Below, piece after piece: positions 50,281 to 63,134 of a DNA stretch of 64,000 nucleotides; the stretch's first letter is position 1; every line of letters begins with the position of its first letter. The position numbers and the translations under genes are program-made. The DNA lies in contig JAKMXF010000316.1 of assembly GCA_024704765.1 (NCBI GenBank), forward strand, positions 325,908-389,907, read 5' to 3'. The notes below the pieces were generated by a model. That model was given only the letters and a program-made list of their open reading frames with translations, ran no database searches and was not told the origin of the DNA. The stretch comes from Oopsacas minuta (taxonomy: Eukaryota > Animalia > Porifera).

Positions 50281-52607
50281 TCCGAAGGTCTTAATGGAAG
50301 AAGTGGCCCACGTCTAAAAGTCTCTCTTATTTAAAAAGCAGTCTCGCAATGATACCAGTGGTTGAAGTGCCGCCCTGGCTTGAAGGGATATTGACATTGA
50401 AGTTATATTTTCCTGGAGTAGAGCTTGAACCCGTTTCATGGAAGAATTTACTTTCGACTTTGATGGTGCCCATACCTTGTGTCCTGCATCAAGATGGTAT
50501 ATCAACAGCATGAACCACCTGAATACACAAAGGTAAGTATGCAAAGGAGACGCAGCTATAATATCGATGTTAGAAGTTGGCTGATGCGTAATACCAACAC
50601 GTTGATTTGATGGGAGTTTCAAGTAATCTTCTTCATCAACCTCTTCAAAAAGTTGCCGAGCTTCGCTAATTAATCTGTTAATAGGGAAACCAGAACGGGT
50701 CCCATTCTAAACTTTTAGTTTGGTTATCCGTTACAGTACACAGATGGCAAGAAGCCACACCAGCTCCCTCCAGCAACCCTCCATCTTGGTATCAAAAAGG
50801 GAATGGACTATCTCGACCTGTGTATGGCCTCCAATAAGAGATAACCCATCCTGTATGATATGGTCTGTTTGAGGATTGACTATTGTATTCATGATAAGCT
50901 TTACATTAGAATATTCTTCTTTCAAAGCTATCAGTGCTACTGGACTCAAGCAGAACGGAGAGTTGGGCGAGCTGTTATAGAACACATCGTTTCCAATTGT
51001 GTCTGTAATTGATATTACTTTGAATCTGAACAAAATGAAAGTCTTTGTGCTTAATACAGAATTGTTGCTTTGTTGGTTATAGGTTTGACGACAACCGGAG
51101 CCATCCAATACATCAGATATCTTAATTTTTAGTGGGTAGTATGAATCAGGAACTGGGTCTAATGTTGAAAGCAAGCGTTGAATGGTCAGACTAAGGATGG
51201 AATGGTAAGAGACGCAAGTCCCAATTGACAATGCTTCGGGGTCTCTGACTATTTCCATTTCATTTATTAGGCTTATTTCCCTACGATATTGCGAGACAAG
51301 CTTATAGGAAGGAAGCTTACCATCACCTTTGAGAATTCTTTTCAGATTCGTGTATTTCCTCCCCCCAATATATAAGCACATTTAGAGATTTTGTACTTTG
51401 CCCAATAAACCGCTAAAAAATCCCTTATCAATTATTTCTCTGCACATATTTGAAGTATCACGGTCATAGGATTCATTTGAGACTATTCTAAAGCTAGAGC
51501 GAGTAGTTTTTTAGGCTCAATCTTTTCTCTCTCTGCTAAAAAGTCCACATGCTCTAAAAGAACACCAAGTCTCGATCTGGAAGTTTTCATGTGACATTCG
51601 AGAATATGCTTCCGGGATTCAGTTACAATCTGTTCTGAAAAGTTTCGACTTTCAGAATCAGTGACTAAAGAAGAAAATTCAGGATCAAGCGATATTCTCT
51701 TTCTTGGATTGGATATTGTTAGATGAGTAGAGTGGAAAATCATATTATCCCATGTTTTAAGATCCTTCCTGGGGTAAGCGTCTCTGGATGTTAGAAGTGA
51801 TTTAAATTTTAAATGAAGAGTAGCAGTTTCTTCATCGGATAAATGGTTGTTTTCAATAAGTTTTCTAACAGAGACTAACACTTCTTCCATTCGAAATATA
51901 CAAACTATATGCCTCATTGTTCGTGATTAGTACAGACATGATCCGCAAAAGGGCTACTCTAACATAGAAACATTATGATATATGGTTGTAGAGTATTGGA
52001 ATAACTAATAACCAGCAAAATATAGAATTTTACTGAAAAAATTTATAACGTATGAAAAATACATTTTCTGGATTTGTCCGGTCCGGACAATGAATGACGT
52101 GATAAATTTTTGGGCAGCTTTTGGCAAGCCTGGAAAGTGATTAAATAGTTGACTAATTATAGTAACATTACGTATATATTAATAACGTTTTGTCAAATTT
52201 TGTCAAACAAGAAATGCTACACTTCAATCAATGAAAAAAAATTCCAAATTATAACTTTGGGAGGGCCAAACTAGACACCCGGGAAAAGTGCAAATGAATA
52301 TCTAGACTAACCTATCTATGATTAAATTGTTGTTGCAATATAGATTTATAATCAGAAGATGTTTTTCACTCTGATATTTAGTATTCAAGTCTAATATGAT
52401 TACTTGCATTAGGGCATAGGAATTTACGGTTTGAAAATATATTTCTATTATTAGAAACACATAATAAATTTGTACGTAGTTAGGATTCCTAACTGCTTCT
52501 AATGCTGGCAACGATATTTTCTTACTAATTGAACTATGGAGAATTCGAAAAATACATTGGAATATGTTTTTTAAAATATGCCTATTTCCCCATGCTACCA
52601 CACTGTG
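50281..52607 (-). mobile_element. RAG1-like family A, second copy; 3'-truncated and frameshifted
   Basis: Left end CACAGTGTGGTAGCATGGGGAAATAGGCATATTTT at 52607 (reverse). ORFs 51483-51917, 50731-51381 and 50314-50622 are nearly identical to the 39278 copy. Homology stops at ~50281. Confidence 0.95.
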
Positions 52608-53344
52608 AATTAGTTACAACTACCTAAAGTTCAAACAATCATCCTTCATCTCTTTCAGGCGCCATTTATGTGATGACTCTTGGATTTATAAGTTGAAGGT
52701 TTAGCAAATATAGTTAAAATATCGATTAAAATCCCCGATACAATGCGATATATCGGAATATCGGAGAAAATTTCGAAATATCGTAACACATCGAAAATAT
52801 TGAACATCGGTAAAATATCAAAAATATCGGGAAAATATCTGGAAATATCCGAAATCAATATTGAAAATTTCAATATTTTCGATATTTATTTTGCTAATAT
52901 AGTGAATATTTTTGATAAATTATCGGAATTATGATATTTTCGAAATTTTTTCATAACCGACATATCGATGCCAAAACTTGAGCAATCATGCAAAATATGA
53001 TGCCATGATTTCAAGGTACCTAAACGAGCATGAAGGATGGGCCTTTTACACTCTTTACCTAGTTTGACCCCTCTTAGTTGTTTAGTAGGTACCTCTTTTA
53101 ATTAATGGCATATAAACCAGCCTCTCTTTTATTGTATGCTCGGCTGGTTCCTCTCTGTATTATATATTGTTCTATGTTGAGATATATGCTTGAAGTGCTA
53201 TTTAGTGTTTTTCATTTAATCACTAATTTTGTAATTATATAACAGTTATATGTAATCTTGCAATATAGAGCATCAATTTCTTTACACTTCTAATTATTTG
53301 ATTTGAAAAATTGAACTCTCTTTTATCTATTGTTAGGTTTTTTT

Positions 53345-55966
53345 ATGGCTGAATTCTTTATTGACAAAAGCGATTCTGTTTGTATTACTAATTCTACTCT
53401 TAAAAGGAATTTAATGCAAGACCATTGCTCATTATTCCCTTCCCCAATAAAACGGAAAAGGGATTCAAGGGATATTAATGATGCCTCTCAACCTTACATA
53501 GATATCGAGGATTTGACATTTCAAAGCAGCCCTAGTCCAGATAGTTCTGATATTGATTGTTTGCTCTTCCCCCCAAGTACAGAAAATCGCAACACTGCTT
53601 ATTCTAGTACATCTCTCTCCCGTGATGTTTCTACTACACAAGATGATTTATCAGCACGTAATATTCATTCAATCCCTGGTGGCTATTCTAAGAAGGTCGC
53701 ACACATGATGCAGAAAATGGGGTATAAAGTTTCAAAAGGGCTGGGTGCAGCAGAACAAGGGTCCATTATTCCTGTAGAATATATGAAACATCCTGGAAGA
53801 ACTGGGATAGGATATTCGAAAAACTTGTGTACTTATCCACATACCACCTTTCCTAACATGGACGAATCAATTACATCATTCACAGTAAAATGGCTTTCAT
53901 TCACAAATAAAGATATTCCTATTCCTAAATTAAGTTTTGTCGTGGAACCTCAATGTTTGAATATTTTTTTGCAGGCTAAATTTATTGATTGCAAAATCCT
54001 TTCGACTCTCGTTAACAACAAGAACAAACTTGATGTGTATGATAATCGTGACGATATTTTATTCGCTAGGAAGAGGTGTAATCCTTTTGAGACAATTGGT
54101 AAAGGCATTTTCCTGAATCGTGCTGCTATGAAAATTGCAAATATAGATGCCATGCTTGATTATATATTAACTCAATGGACAACTGATTACACACCTACAA
54201 GTTTTATTGATAAACATGAAGAAATTACTCCATTTTACTTCGCTGATTTGTGTGCAGGGCCAGGTGGTTTTTCTGAATATATCCTTTTTCGGCTTGGTTG
54301 GAGAGCTAAAGGTTTTGGCTTTACATTACGTGGAGATTGTGACTTTAAACTTGAGGAATTCGTTGCTGGTACACCCGAAACGTTTGAACCTCATTATGGA
54401 TATTATAATGATGGAGATATCACTAAAAAGCAAAATTTGCTTTCCTTCCAAAAGTATGTGTTTGAGGTTTCTAACCGAGCAGGCGTATCACTTGTCATGG
54501 GTGATGGTGGATTTGATGTTAAAGGAAAGGAAAATAGCCAAGAAATATTAACCAAACAACTAGTAATGTGTCAATTTTTGAGTGCTACTTCAATTTTGCA
54601 TGAAGGTGGAAATTTTGTATGTAAAACGTTTGATCTTTTTACAACATTTAGTGTTCACATTATTTATTTAATGTATCGTTGTTTTCAACGAATTGCAGTC
54701 ATTAAGCCTTGTACTTCACGTCCGGCAAATTCTGAGCGGTATCTGGTTTGCAATGGTTTTAAACTAAAGGAGGGGAAGATGGTTTTTAATCTTTTACTTC
54801 AAATAAATGACAAAATTAATGGAGTTAAATCTGGCGGAGAAGATGTTTCTACTTTTCTTCCTGATGAAATCGTCGGTATTGAGAAACTTTATCATTATAT
54901 ACTTGAATCTAATAATTTAATTGCCGGTATTCAGAATGAGGCACTCCAAAGGTTGTTATCCATTATCAGTGAAAAGCATGAATCCTCTGATTATCAAACT
55001 TCTATGAAAGCGTCATGCTTTTTAGCTTGGCACATACCCGACATTCCTCGTTCTAAATTTGCAAATATAATTTCTAATCCTGAGACATATTTTGAAGAAT
55101 TTTGTAAGATATCTAATTTTCCATCCCGAACCTTATTATCATTCTCAACATTTAATAATTTGATCCCTTCAAATATTGATTCTATTTCAGAAATATTTTC
55201 TTGGCATTGCTATCCTTTGTATGGAAGAAGATTGATTCTGGTTAGTTTAGGGAGAGATAATGTATATTACTGGGATTGTGTTAATGAGCCTTACAGATTC
55301 TCTCATATTAGTTCTATCGTAAACCACACTTTAGAGCTACCTGAACGCACTATTATCGAGGTCTTATTAGTTGACACTTACTCTATCTCTGATCAGCAAG
55401 ACAAGATTTTGAATAAACAAATATGGATTATTGATATATACGCCATTTCTAACCAGATCGTTTGTAACTGGTCACGCCTTCGAAGGAATAAACTAATCAA
55501 ACAACTCTATCAAGTCATTCACAAACCACTTTCTAATTATATTCCAATGCGGCCTATTCTTTCTTGCAATCTAAGCGATCTTCCAAATCTTCTAAAGAGT
55601 ATCATTTACGGCAAACAAAGCTTTGGATATTTTAATTATCCTAACTTAAAACTTAGAGAAAATTCTTTTGTGCAGATAGATGGAATATTATTTACTCGCA
55701 CTATCAAAAACCCATGGATTATTGGGATATCTAAAACACATAACAAACAGTATTATTTTAATACGAAAACCAACTTCAGTTCATTCGAATATCCTGATGA
55801 GGCTATAATGGATGCATATTCGGGAATAAAAAGTAGAATACTTTGGTCATGGAGAAAACCTCAAACAATATTTACTGATCGTGACATAGATGTATCACAA
55901 AATACTTACACAATCCCTGTAATTGATTCTGCTTATATGACAAATTATATTATTAAGCGGTTATGA
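53345..55966 (+). CDS. CMTR1: Cap-specific mRNA (nucleoside-2'-O-)-methyltransferase 1; uninterrupted CDS
   Basis: G-patch (MMQKMGYKVSKGLG..GRTGIG). RrmJ/FtsJ domain with FLNRAAMKIANID, FADLCAGPGGFSEY, MGDGGF, FVCKTFD and KPCTSRPANSERY. C-terminal GTase-like region and WW-like PW..SKTHNKQYYFN. Confidence 0.95.
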   Translation: MAEFFIDKSDSVCITNSTLKRNLMQDHCSLFPSPIKRKRDSRDINDASQPYIDIEDLTFQSSPSPDSSDIDCLLFPPSTENRNTAYSSTSLSRDVSTTQDDLSARNIHSIPGGYSKKVAHMMQKMGYKVSKGLGAAEQGSIIPVEYMKHPGRTGIGYSKNLCTYPHTTFPNMDESITSFTVKWLSFTNKDIPIPKLSFVVEPQCLNIFLQAKFIDCKILSTLVNNKNKLDVYDNRDDILFARKRCNPFETIGKGIFLNRAAMKIANIDAMLDYILTQWTTDYTPTSFIDKHEEITPFYFADLCAGPGGFSEYILFRLGWRAKGFGFTLRGDCDFKLEEFVAGTPETFEPHYGYYNDGDITKKQNLLSFQKYVFEVSNRAGVSLVMGDGGFDVKGKENSQEILTKQLVMCQFLSATSILHEGGNFVCKTFDLFTTFSVHIIYLMYRCFQRIAVIKPCTSRPANSERYLVCNGFKLKEGKMVFNLLLQINDKINGVKSGGEDVSTFLPDEIVGIEKLYHYILESNNLIAGIQNEALQRLLSIISEKHESSDYQTSMKASCFLAWHIPDIPRSKFANIISNPETYFEEFCKISNFPSRTLLSFSTFNNLIPSNIDSISEIFSWHCYPLYGRRLILVSLGRDNVYYWDCVNEPYRFSHISSIVNHTLELPERTIIEVLLVDTYSISDQQDKILNKQIWIIDIYAISNQIVCNWSRLRRNKLIKQLYQVIHKPLSNYIPMRPILSCNLSDLPNLLKSIIYGKQSFGYFNYPNLKLRENSFVQIDGILFTRTIKNPWIIGISKTHNKQYYFNTKTNFSSFEYPDEAIMDAYSGIKSRILWSWRKPQTIFTDRDIDVSQNTYTIPVIDSAYMTNYIIKRL

Positions 55967-56609
55967 TATGACTTCATAATTAATTTCCAAAAAGATAGCG
56001 AAAATACATCAATAGGAAATTATTTAGCTTTTGCGAGATTGAAATTAATCGGCCATCGAAACTCTTGCGTGAGTCATTCGGCCACCCGGAAAATATATGT
56101 CAGGCCGTAAACAAAGCCTATCGGAGCTATGACCTAACAACAAAGACAATTTTTCTATACGTTCTAAATCGAGTTATTAAAAATTTTCGAAACATTACTA
56201 TAAGTTACGTAAACAGTAACCTGAATAAGTATTTTAAAATCACTGAATATATTTAAATAGATTCTACATATACTCCCTTCATATGCGTATGTATACGATA
56301 ATAATATTCGTAAGAAAACTATTTGAATATATTTGCTGACATTATCCAGACTAAATAAACCAACCTCATTAATTAGATGGTGGACTATTAATTATTTAAA
56401 TACTAGCCTGCATCACTTGCTTGGTCACATCTTAAAGGGCGTATATCTCGCAAGTCGTGCTCCACATTTAGTTAAGTTTAAAATGTTGAAGATTGAAAAT
56501 CTACAAATATGGTCCAAACTGCCAAAGTAACATGAATTTCATCATTTTATCGCACTTTGCTTATGGGAAATAATTATTGCGGTGAGCTTTGATATAACGG
56601 GAGAAAGTG

Positions 56610-56755
56610 CAGGGATTTTTTAGGAGAATTTTTCAGGGGGACCAATCAATGTTTCATGAATTAGAGGGAGGCATAGTTTGGTGGTAAAGTGCATAACATG
56701 ACCATAGCTCAGGGGAGGCATTTGCCCATCCTCAAATCATCTAGAAAGAACCCTG
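56610..56755. mobile_element. CAGGG-type MITE (paralog of 59469-59619)
   Basis: Shared internal ATCAATGTTTCATGAATTAGAGGGAGGCATAGTTTGG; CAGGG...CCCTG ends. Confidence 0.7.
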
Positions 56756-57076
56756 AGACTTTAATAATATATAGCCATTCCAATTTAATACATGATTCTT
56801 AAAATATTCGTGAGCATGATCAGTAGATATTTTATTTCATGAATCTTCTAGTCTATTGTAAATATGCTACGTCTGGCGATGTACCGTTAAATTGGTACCT
56901 TTGGTCCTGCATTTTCCTTCACTCAGCTAGGCAGGTATGCGAGTGTGATTCAGTGGGCAGATCCAATCCAAGCAAAGTTCTGAAATATACTTAGAAATTG
57001 TCATATAATGCAATAATACTGCACTTAAGTCTTTAACCAATATTCTCTCTAAGTCCAGAAAAAATGCAACATGCCA

Positions 57077-58157
57077 CACAGCCTACGAAACTAAAGCCTA
57101 TGTATGCACTGTCTAGAATTTCATGGACCATGGATTTCATCAAATCTAAGAAATTTGATTTGGAAGTATATTTTTCTTGATAATATAAAATTGGTGCATT
57201 TTGGCTCGAATGAATATATTATTGATAGTTAATATTTACAGAAGCCATATTATACAACTATTTCCAGTTTGAAATAACGTCATCTGTTCATTTAGAGGCG
57301 CAATATGTTTTTAAAAATGCACCATGTTTTAAGTTCTGATAAACGATTACTACTGCGTCTTCGATTCCAGAATTAATATAAAGTGTTGGAAGGATGTTTA
57401 TACATAAACTATAATTTTTGTCATTATAAAGTTGTCAAGTTACTGAGTTATATTAGATACCATGGATGACACTTATTTGGTAAAATCCCTTAATAACTCG
57501 AAAGTCTCTAGAGTTATTATCAATAATTTCAACTAATATCTACTATATGCCCAACTTCCCATGCCCTTGTAATACATTTTTATAGGATATCTTGAAGCAC
57601 TATTGTGTAATCTTGATAATGACCAAATATGAGAATAATTACGATTGCGTCACACCGGTTTGAGATATCCTATGAAAATGTATTACAAGAGTATGAGAAC
57701 TAGCACATATTTGTTGAACTTATTTGATGATAACTCTAATGACTATCGAGTTATTAAGGGATTTTACCAAATATGTGCCATCCATGGTATCTAATATAAC
57801 TCAGTTACGCGACAATATATAATTACAAAAATTTTTATAATATACTCATAAACATCTTTAGATCACTTGATATTAATTCTGGAATCGAAGACGTTCTAGT
57901 GATCGTTCATCAGAGCTTGAAACATGGTGCATTTTTAACATATTGCCCTTCTAACCAAACAGATGAAATCATTTCAAACTGGTAATAGTTGGATATATGG
58001 CATCTGTTAAATATTAACTATCAAATATAGATTTATTCGAGTCAAAAAAGCACCGATTTTGTTTTATCTAAATAAATAAAATTTCAAGTCAAATTGAATA
58101 GACTTGGAGTAATCCATCGTTAAATATCGTGAATAGGCTTCAGTTTCGTAGGCTATG
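57077..58157. mobile_element. Foldback element (MULE/FB-like), ~460-bp inverted arms, 9-bp TSD
   Basis: CACAGCCTACGAAACTAAAGCCTAT ... ATAGGCTTCAGTTTCGTAGGCTATG; TSD AACATGCCA on both sides. Confidence 0.85.
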
Positions 58158-58393
58158 AACATGCCAAAATGGATCGACTCTTGTGAGCATGTAACATCCG
58201 ACTTAATAAATTTATCATATGCCCAGTATTTAGCATGATCTAAGTCCCTAGTGTCCTAGAAAATCTGTCCGGCGCAAATACTCTCAGGTCGGACATATTT
58301 TTCAAAATATTATAATTCTCTTTCGAAATTGTCCGGATCGAAATAAATATCTTAGGCTAAAATAAACCCAAGGAAGTCAAAATCTAATTTGCC

Positions 58394-59816
58394 CATAGCC
58401 TACAAAACTAAAGCCTGTTCACGGTCTAGAATTTCATCGGCCATGGATTAAAGACTAATAAATTTGACTTGGAATGTTATTTTCTCGATAATATAAAATT
58501 GGTGCATTTTGGCTCGAATAAATATATTATTGATAATTAATAATTTATACAAGCCATGTCATCCAACTATTACTAGTTTGAAATTACGTCATCTGTTTGA
58601 TTAAAAGTGCAATATATAGTGATAAAGACCCCAATTTTATAGCTCTGATGAACGATCATTAGTAAGTCTTCGATTCCGGGATTAAAATCAAGGATGTTTA
58701 TACGAAAATAAACATAATTTTTGTAATTATAAGTTGTCACGTTATTGAGTTATATTAGTGTACCATGGATGGCACACGTGTTTGGCAATATCCACTCGTA
58801 ACTCGATAGTCACTAGAGTTATGGTCAAATCGCTCCGGCCAATATGTCCCACATACCCAACTTCCCATATCCTTGAATACATTTCCGTACGATAATGACG
58901 AAATATTGGCATATTCACGATAGTGTCACACCTGTCAGAGAGTTCATATCAAATTGTATTATTAGTGTATAGAAAGTTAGGTATTTCTACATATTTGTTG
59001 GACTTATTTGATAATAACTCTAGAGACTATCTGTGCAGTTCGGATTGCAAAATTAGCAAAATGCATTTAAACAGTACTAGAATCTTGGGAACCCATTCTT
59101 TCGAAGTTGTACAAACTGTGGAACAGCGTCCAAAATGTCTACTATAGTATTCGAAATTGATCTGCAGTAGAATTGGATATATTTTGCCATGTTTTTGTAT
59201 TTAGACAATTTTACAAACACTGTATAAGCTCTGGGCACAGTTCGAATTAGAGAGGGTCTACTGTATTAGGTTATTCAAGCAAATATGTGCCATTCACGGT
59301 ATCTTTATAACTCAGTACGTGACAACTAAAAATTATATACTTTATGTATGAATATCCTTAGAACACTTGATTTTAATTCTGAAATCGAAGACGCACTAGT
59401 GATCTTTATCAGGAAATATAAAAATTGTACATGTTTAACAACATATTGCCATTTTAACCAAACAGATGCAGGGGGTTTTAGGAAAATTTTTCAAGGGGGG
59501 GGGCAGATCAATGTTTCATGAATTAGAGGGAGGCATAGTTTGGAGATAAAGTGCATAAACATGATCATATCTCAGGGGGCATTTTGCTCCCCCTCTCAAA
59601 TCATCTAGAAAATATCCTGAGATGAGGTCATTTCAAACTGACAATAATTGGATAATATGGCTTCTATAAATTATTAACTATCAATAATACATTTATTCGA
59701 GCCAAAATGCACCTATTGTGTATTATCGATAAAAATAAAATTTCAAGTCAAATTTAATAGACTCGAAGTAATCCATAGTTAAATACCGTCAATAGGCTTT
59801 AGCTACGTAGACTGTT
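58394..59816. mobile_element. Second foldback element of the same family, with a nested MITE
   Basis: CATAGCCTACAAAACTAAAGCC ... GGCTTTAGCTACGTAGACTGTT; flanks TAATTTGCC/TAATTTTAC. Confidence 0.8.
59469..59619. mobile_element. CAGGG-type MITE with 5-bp TSD AGATG
   Basis: AGATG lies on both sides. The opposite foldback arm (~58590) and the first foldback copy (~57960) show the empty site with a single AGATG. Confidence 0.8.
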
Positions 59817-59984
59817 TAATTTTACAATCATTGTTTGTTTGAATTTTCTTGATATGTGTGGGGCTGTGGGATGTGGGATGTGGGATATTTAAGTTGCCAG
59901 GGCTTCATACAGGATGTTTGCTTGGGGAGAAAAGATTGATCACACCCTATAAAGTACACTCTCCTAGTAAAGAGCATGGAGGAG

Positions 59985-62730
59985 CTGCATTTGTCAGAAT
60001 TTTTAATTGGCATATGTCAGAATACTCGCAACTGTCACTTGTCAGAATCAATATTTGGGTTACTGTCACTTGTCTGAATCAATATTTGGTTGACTGTCAC
60101 TTCCCAGAATTGAAATTTGAGTCAACTGTCGCTTGAACCAAATTGTATTATGATCTTCTACACGAAAACCCTCAGTTACAATTTTGGGTAGTCACCTAAA
60201 CTGTGTTAAAAATGTCCTATTGATTATACTGTACAACAAATTTCATTTTGACAAACAACGAGAACCAAATTAGGTCTCTATAGTCAATTAGGATCTCCTG
60301 ATTCTGAATATGAATACAGATTTGCTCAATCACGCACCATTTTATAGATTTCAACATGCAAAATGGGAAATACGACAATTTGAAGATATTATAAATGAAA
60401 ATATCATATAATCATGTAAAACCTGTGAGGAGTATTTAACTAGATAGTATTTAGAACAAATAAATACCAGAACGAGCTTAAGCAAAAAATAGTTATTTTA
60501 CTAACGAAATCTAAATCACACATACAAAAAATTAGAAAAAATCACAAAATTTCGTAAAATCCCATATAAATACAAGGTTTTGCCAATACTGAGCTATTTC
60601 TTGTAATAAATGAATTCAACACAACCGCAGATTTAAAATCCTCACAAGTTTTACATGACTAGTTGATATTGAAGTAGAAATTTTTTGGTAATATATGCCA
60701 TTTTCTCAATTTGTAAGTTGAATTCTATATAATTGTTGTGTGGTTGAGCAAAACTGTATTCATATTCGGAATCAAGAGATCCTAATTGACTATAGAGACT
60801 TAATCATGTTCTCGTTATTTTCCAAAATTGAAAATTTGTTTTACAGTGTTATTGATGGTGTTAAAGACAAAAATACCATTGGCTTCTTATTGATTACTAT
60901 AGCCAACAAACAATATTACTAGATTAAGGTGATATTGGAAATAATTAGTCAGCCGTCATCTACTAACAAGATAGATATGTTATCGAAGAATATAAACGAA
61001 TTTTGGTAAAGTTTTTAGTCTCGATGGCAATAAATTTATTCAGTTAAAACCTACAGAGAAATTCATTTTTCTAAAATGCGTTATTTTTCGGACTGGTTGC
61101 AAGGGTAGCTGGAGAATCAATCGCGAAACTAATTTAGTTACACCTTTGAAAGAGCACAATCGCATTGTTGAGTATAATGAATATATGACAGAAGTATTTA
61201 AATTCAAATCAATGTGAAATTCCTCAGCTAAATCGTCAAATTAAACCTCAGGAAATTGTTTAATGATGCTACTATAACTGAGTCTCATTCTTGCGATATT
61301 CCTTTCCAGAATGTGAGTCATCTATGTATCGGGTTAGAAGGAAGATTCAACCAAAGATTCCGCTGACAGTTGATGAATTTTGTGAAATATTGCCAGCAAC
61401 ATACTATGGGGAATATTCCAAATTGCGTGTCAAATGTGGTGACGAGAGTGGTGTGATTTCTTCCGGAACAAATGGTTCTACTAATAAGTGAAGATACGAA
61501 TATTCAATTCGATGTGACATTTTATGCTATTCCCAACCAATTTTCTCGATTATTGACTGTGTTCGTTCTACAGAACGACATGCTTTTTCAGGAATTCACT
61601 GTTTGATGACAGCATCCAGATCCCTCAATTCCGGCCTTTGGCTTCCATGTCAGATTGGGAACCAGCAGCTAGAATGCACTAAGAGAAGTCTACCCACAAG
61701 TGAAGATATACTGCTGCTGGTTCCATTATACACACCGTATATGGGCAAAACACCAAAACTAGGACTGGCGCAATCATTTAGAAATAACTAAGACACAAAG
61801 TCATTGAAGCAGTTGATGGCTATTCCATTTTTGTCGTTACCTCTGACTTACCCGACTGCTAACTTTTTCAAGTGCCTAGTTTTGAACATTTCGAGATGCT
61901 CAAGCTGGAAAAATTGCAAAAATTTCAAAAAGAGATGGCTAACCAGAATAACACCAGAAGTACTATCAATCTATGACCTGAATGTTGCAAATAACCTTAC
62001 TGCCGGAAGCTACCATTCGAAATTAAAGTCGATAGTAAAACATGCCAACCACGAATTTGGACGTTCATAACAATTCTTAATGAGGTAATCGTAGATACAG
62101 ATAATAGCATAGGACGCTTACGTCAGGACCGAGAGATATCTAGACCTAGAAAGAAGAAAGATGTCAAATCGATCCTCATAGGTTCGAATGGAAACAAAAG
62201 CTCCAAGAAGGAATTTATAATCTTTGGAAATATCTAAAATCTTTAAGTAATTCTATCGGCAACATCGCGAATAATGACATAATATCAAGTAATTCTAAAG
62301 ATAAGATTGATGAAAGCGAGTCTCCTGGAAATCAATGTGCAGTGTTTCTTGGACGTATAATAGAAACGAGGATATTTCTGCCATGTAGGAACGCGAATTC
62401 ATGCACACAATGCAGCCAAAGAATACTTGAGCTAGAACCAACTTGTCCCGTATGCAGTATAGTCATAGATTCTAGTTTCCAGAATTTCACAGATAAATTA
62501 ATATCAGTCATAGATTCTAGATTTCAGATTATCACAGAATAACTAATATCAGTCACAGATTCTAGATCTCAGATATTTCTCAATTAATTATCTAATTCTG
62601 ATAATTCCACCACCATTGGAATATTATTCTGACAAGTGGTAGTCAACAAATATTGATTCGAACAATTGCCAGCCAATCGAATATGATACGACAAGTGGCA
62701 GTTACGAGTATTCTGACAATGCGTACACCT
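59985..62730 (+). mobile_element. Second MULE-RING element (degenerate transposase ~61150-62542) nested in a CAGGG MITE (59898-62833)
   Basis: Inverted subterminal ~31-bp repeats (TGTCAGAATACTCG.AACTG.CACTTGTC). Motifs SMYRVRRKIQPKIP, FDVTFYAIPNQF, VANNLTAGSYHSKLKS and RING CAVF..FLPCRNANSCTQC..CPVC. Boundaries are approximate. Confidence 0.72.
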
Positions 62731-63134
62731 GAATAGTATCATACATATTGTTACTATTGTCATTATACGTTATATTAGGAATTCTGGGGTGGGGGAAATC
62801 TCAGAGCGCCTCCTCCTCTGAATGAAACCCTTGCAGTATAAGGTTGACTACATTATCCAAATATAGTACGATACCTGGATACACAATTTGATATATTGTT
62901 ACTATCACATATACATTGATATATTTTATGGACGAGTTTGAAATACCAAAACATAAAAATGTGCAAACGACATACTGGTAGTGAGGCTCAGGTATCTGGT
63001 GTCATTTCAACTCAGAGTAATATCGAGATGGATGAACATTTATCTCTAGGTACAGAAACTCCTATATAATAATGCTAAATGTATTGTCTAGGCGTATGGA
63101 CCTGAGAACCTGGATGACACCTTATATTCTACGC

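Noticed and set aside
39278-52607. Composite transposon carrying C1GALT1 between two family A left ends
   Set aside because: The outer flanks (TAGTA vs AATTA) do not form a TSD, and the first copy has its own complete TSD.
52655-52960. Ile/Phe/Asp-rich ORFs (also 29596-29784, 8367-8654)
   Set aside because: They arise from low-complexity ATATCG/GATAT repeats, not from genes.
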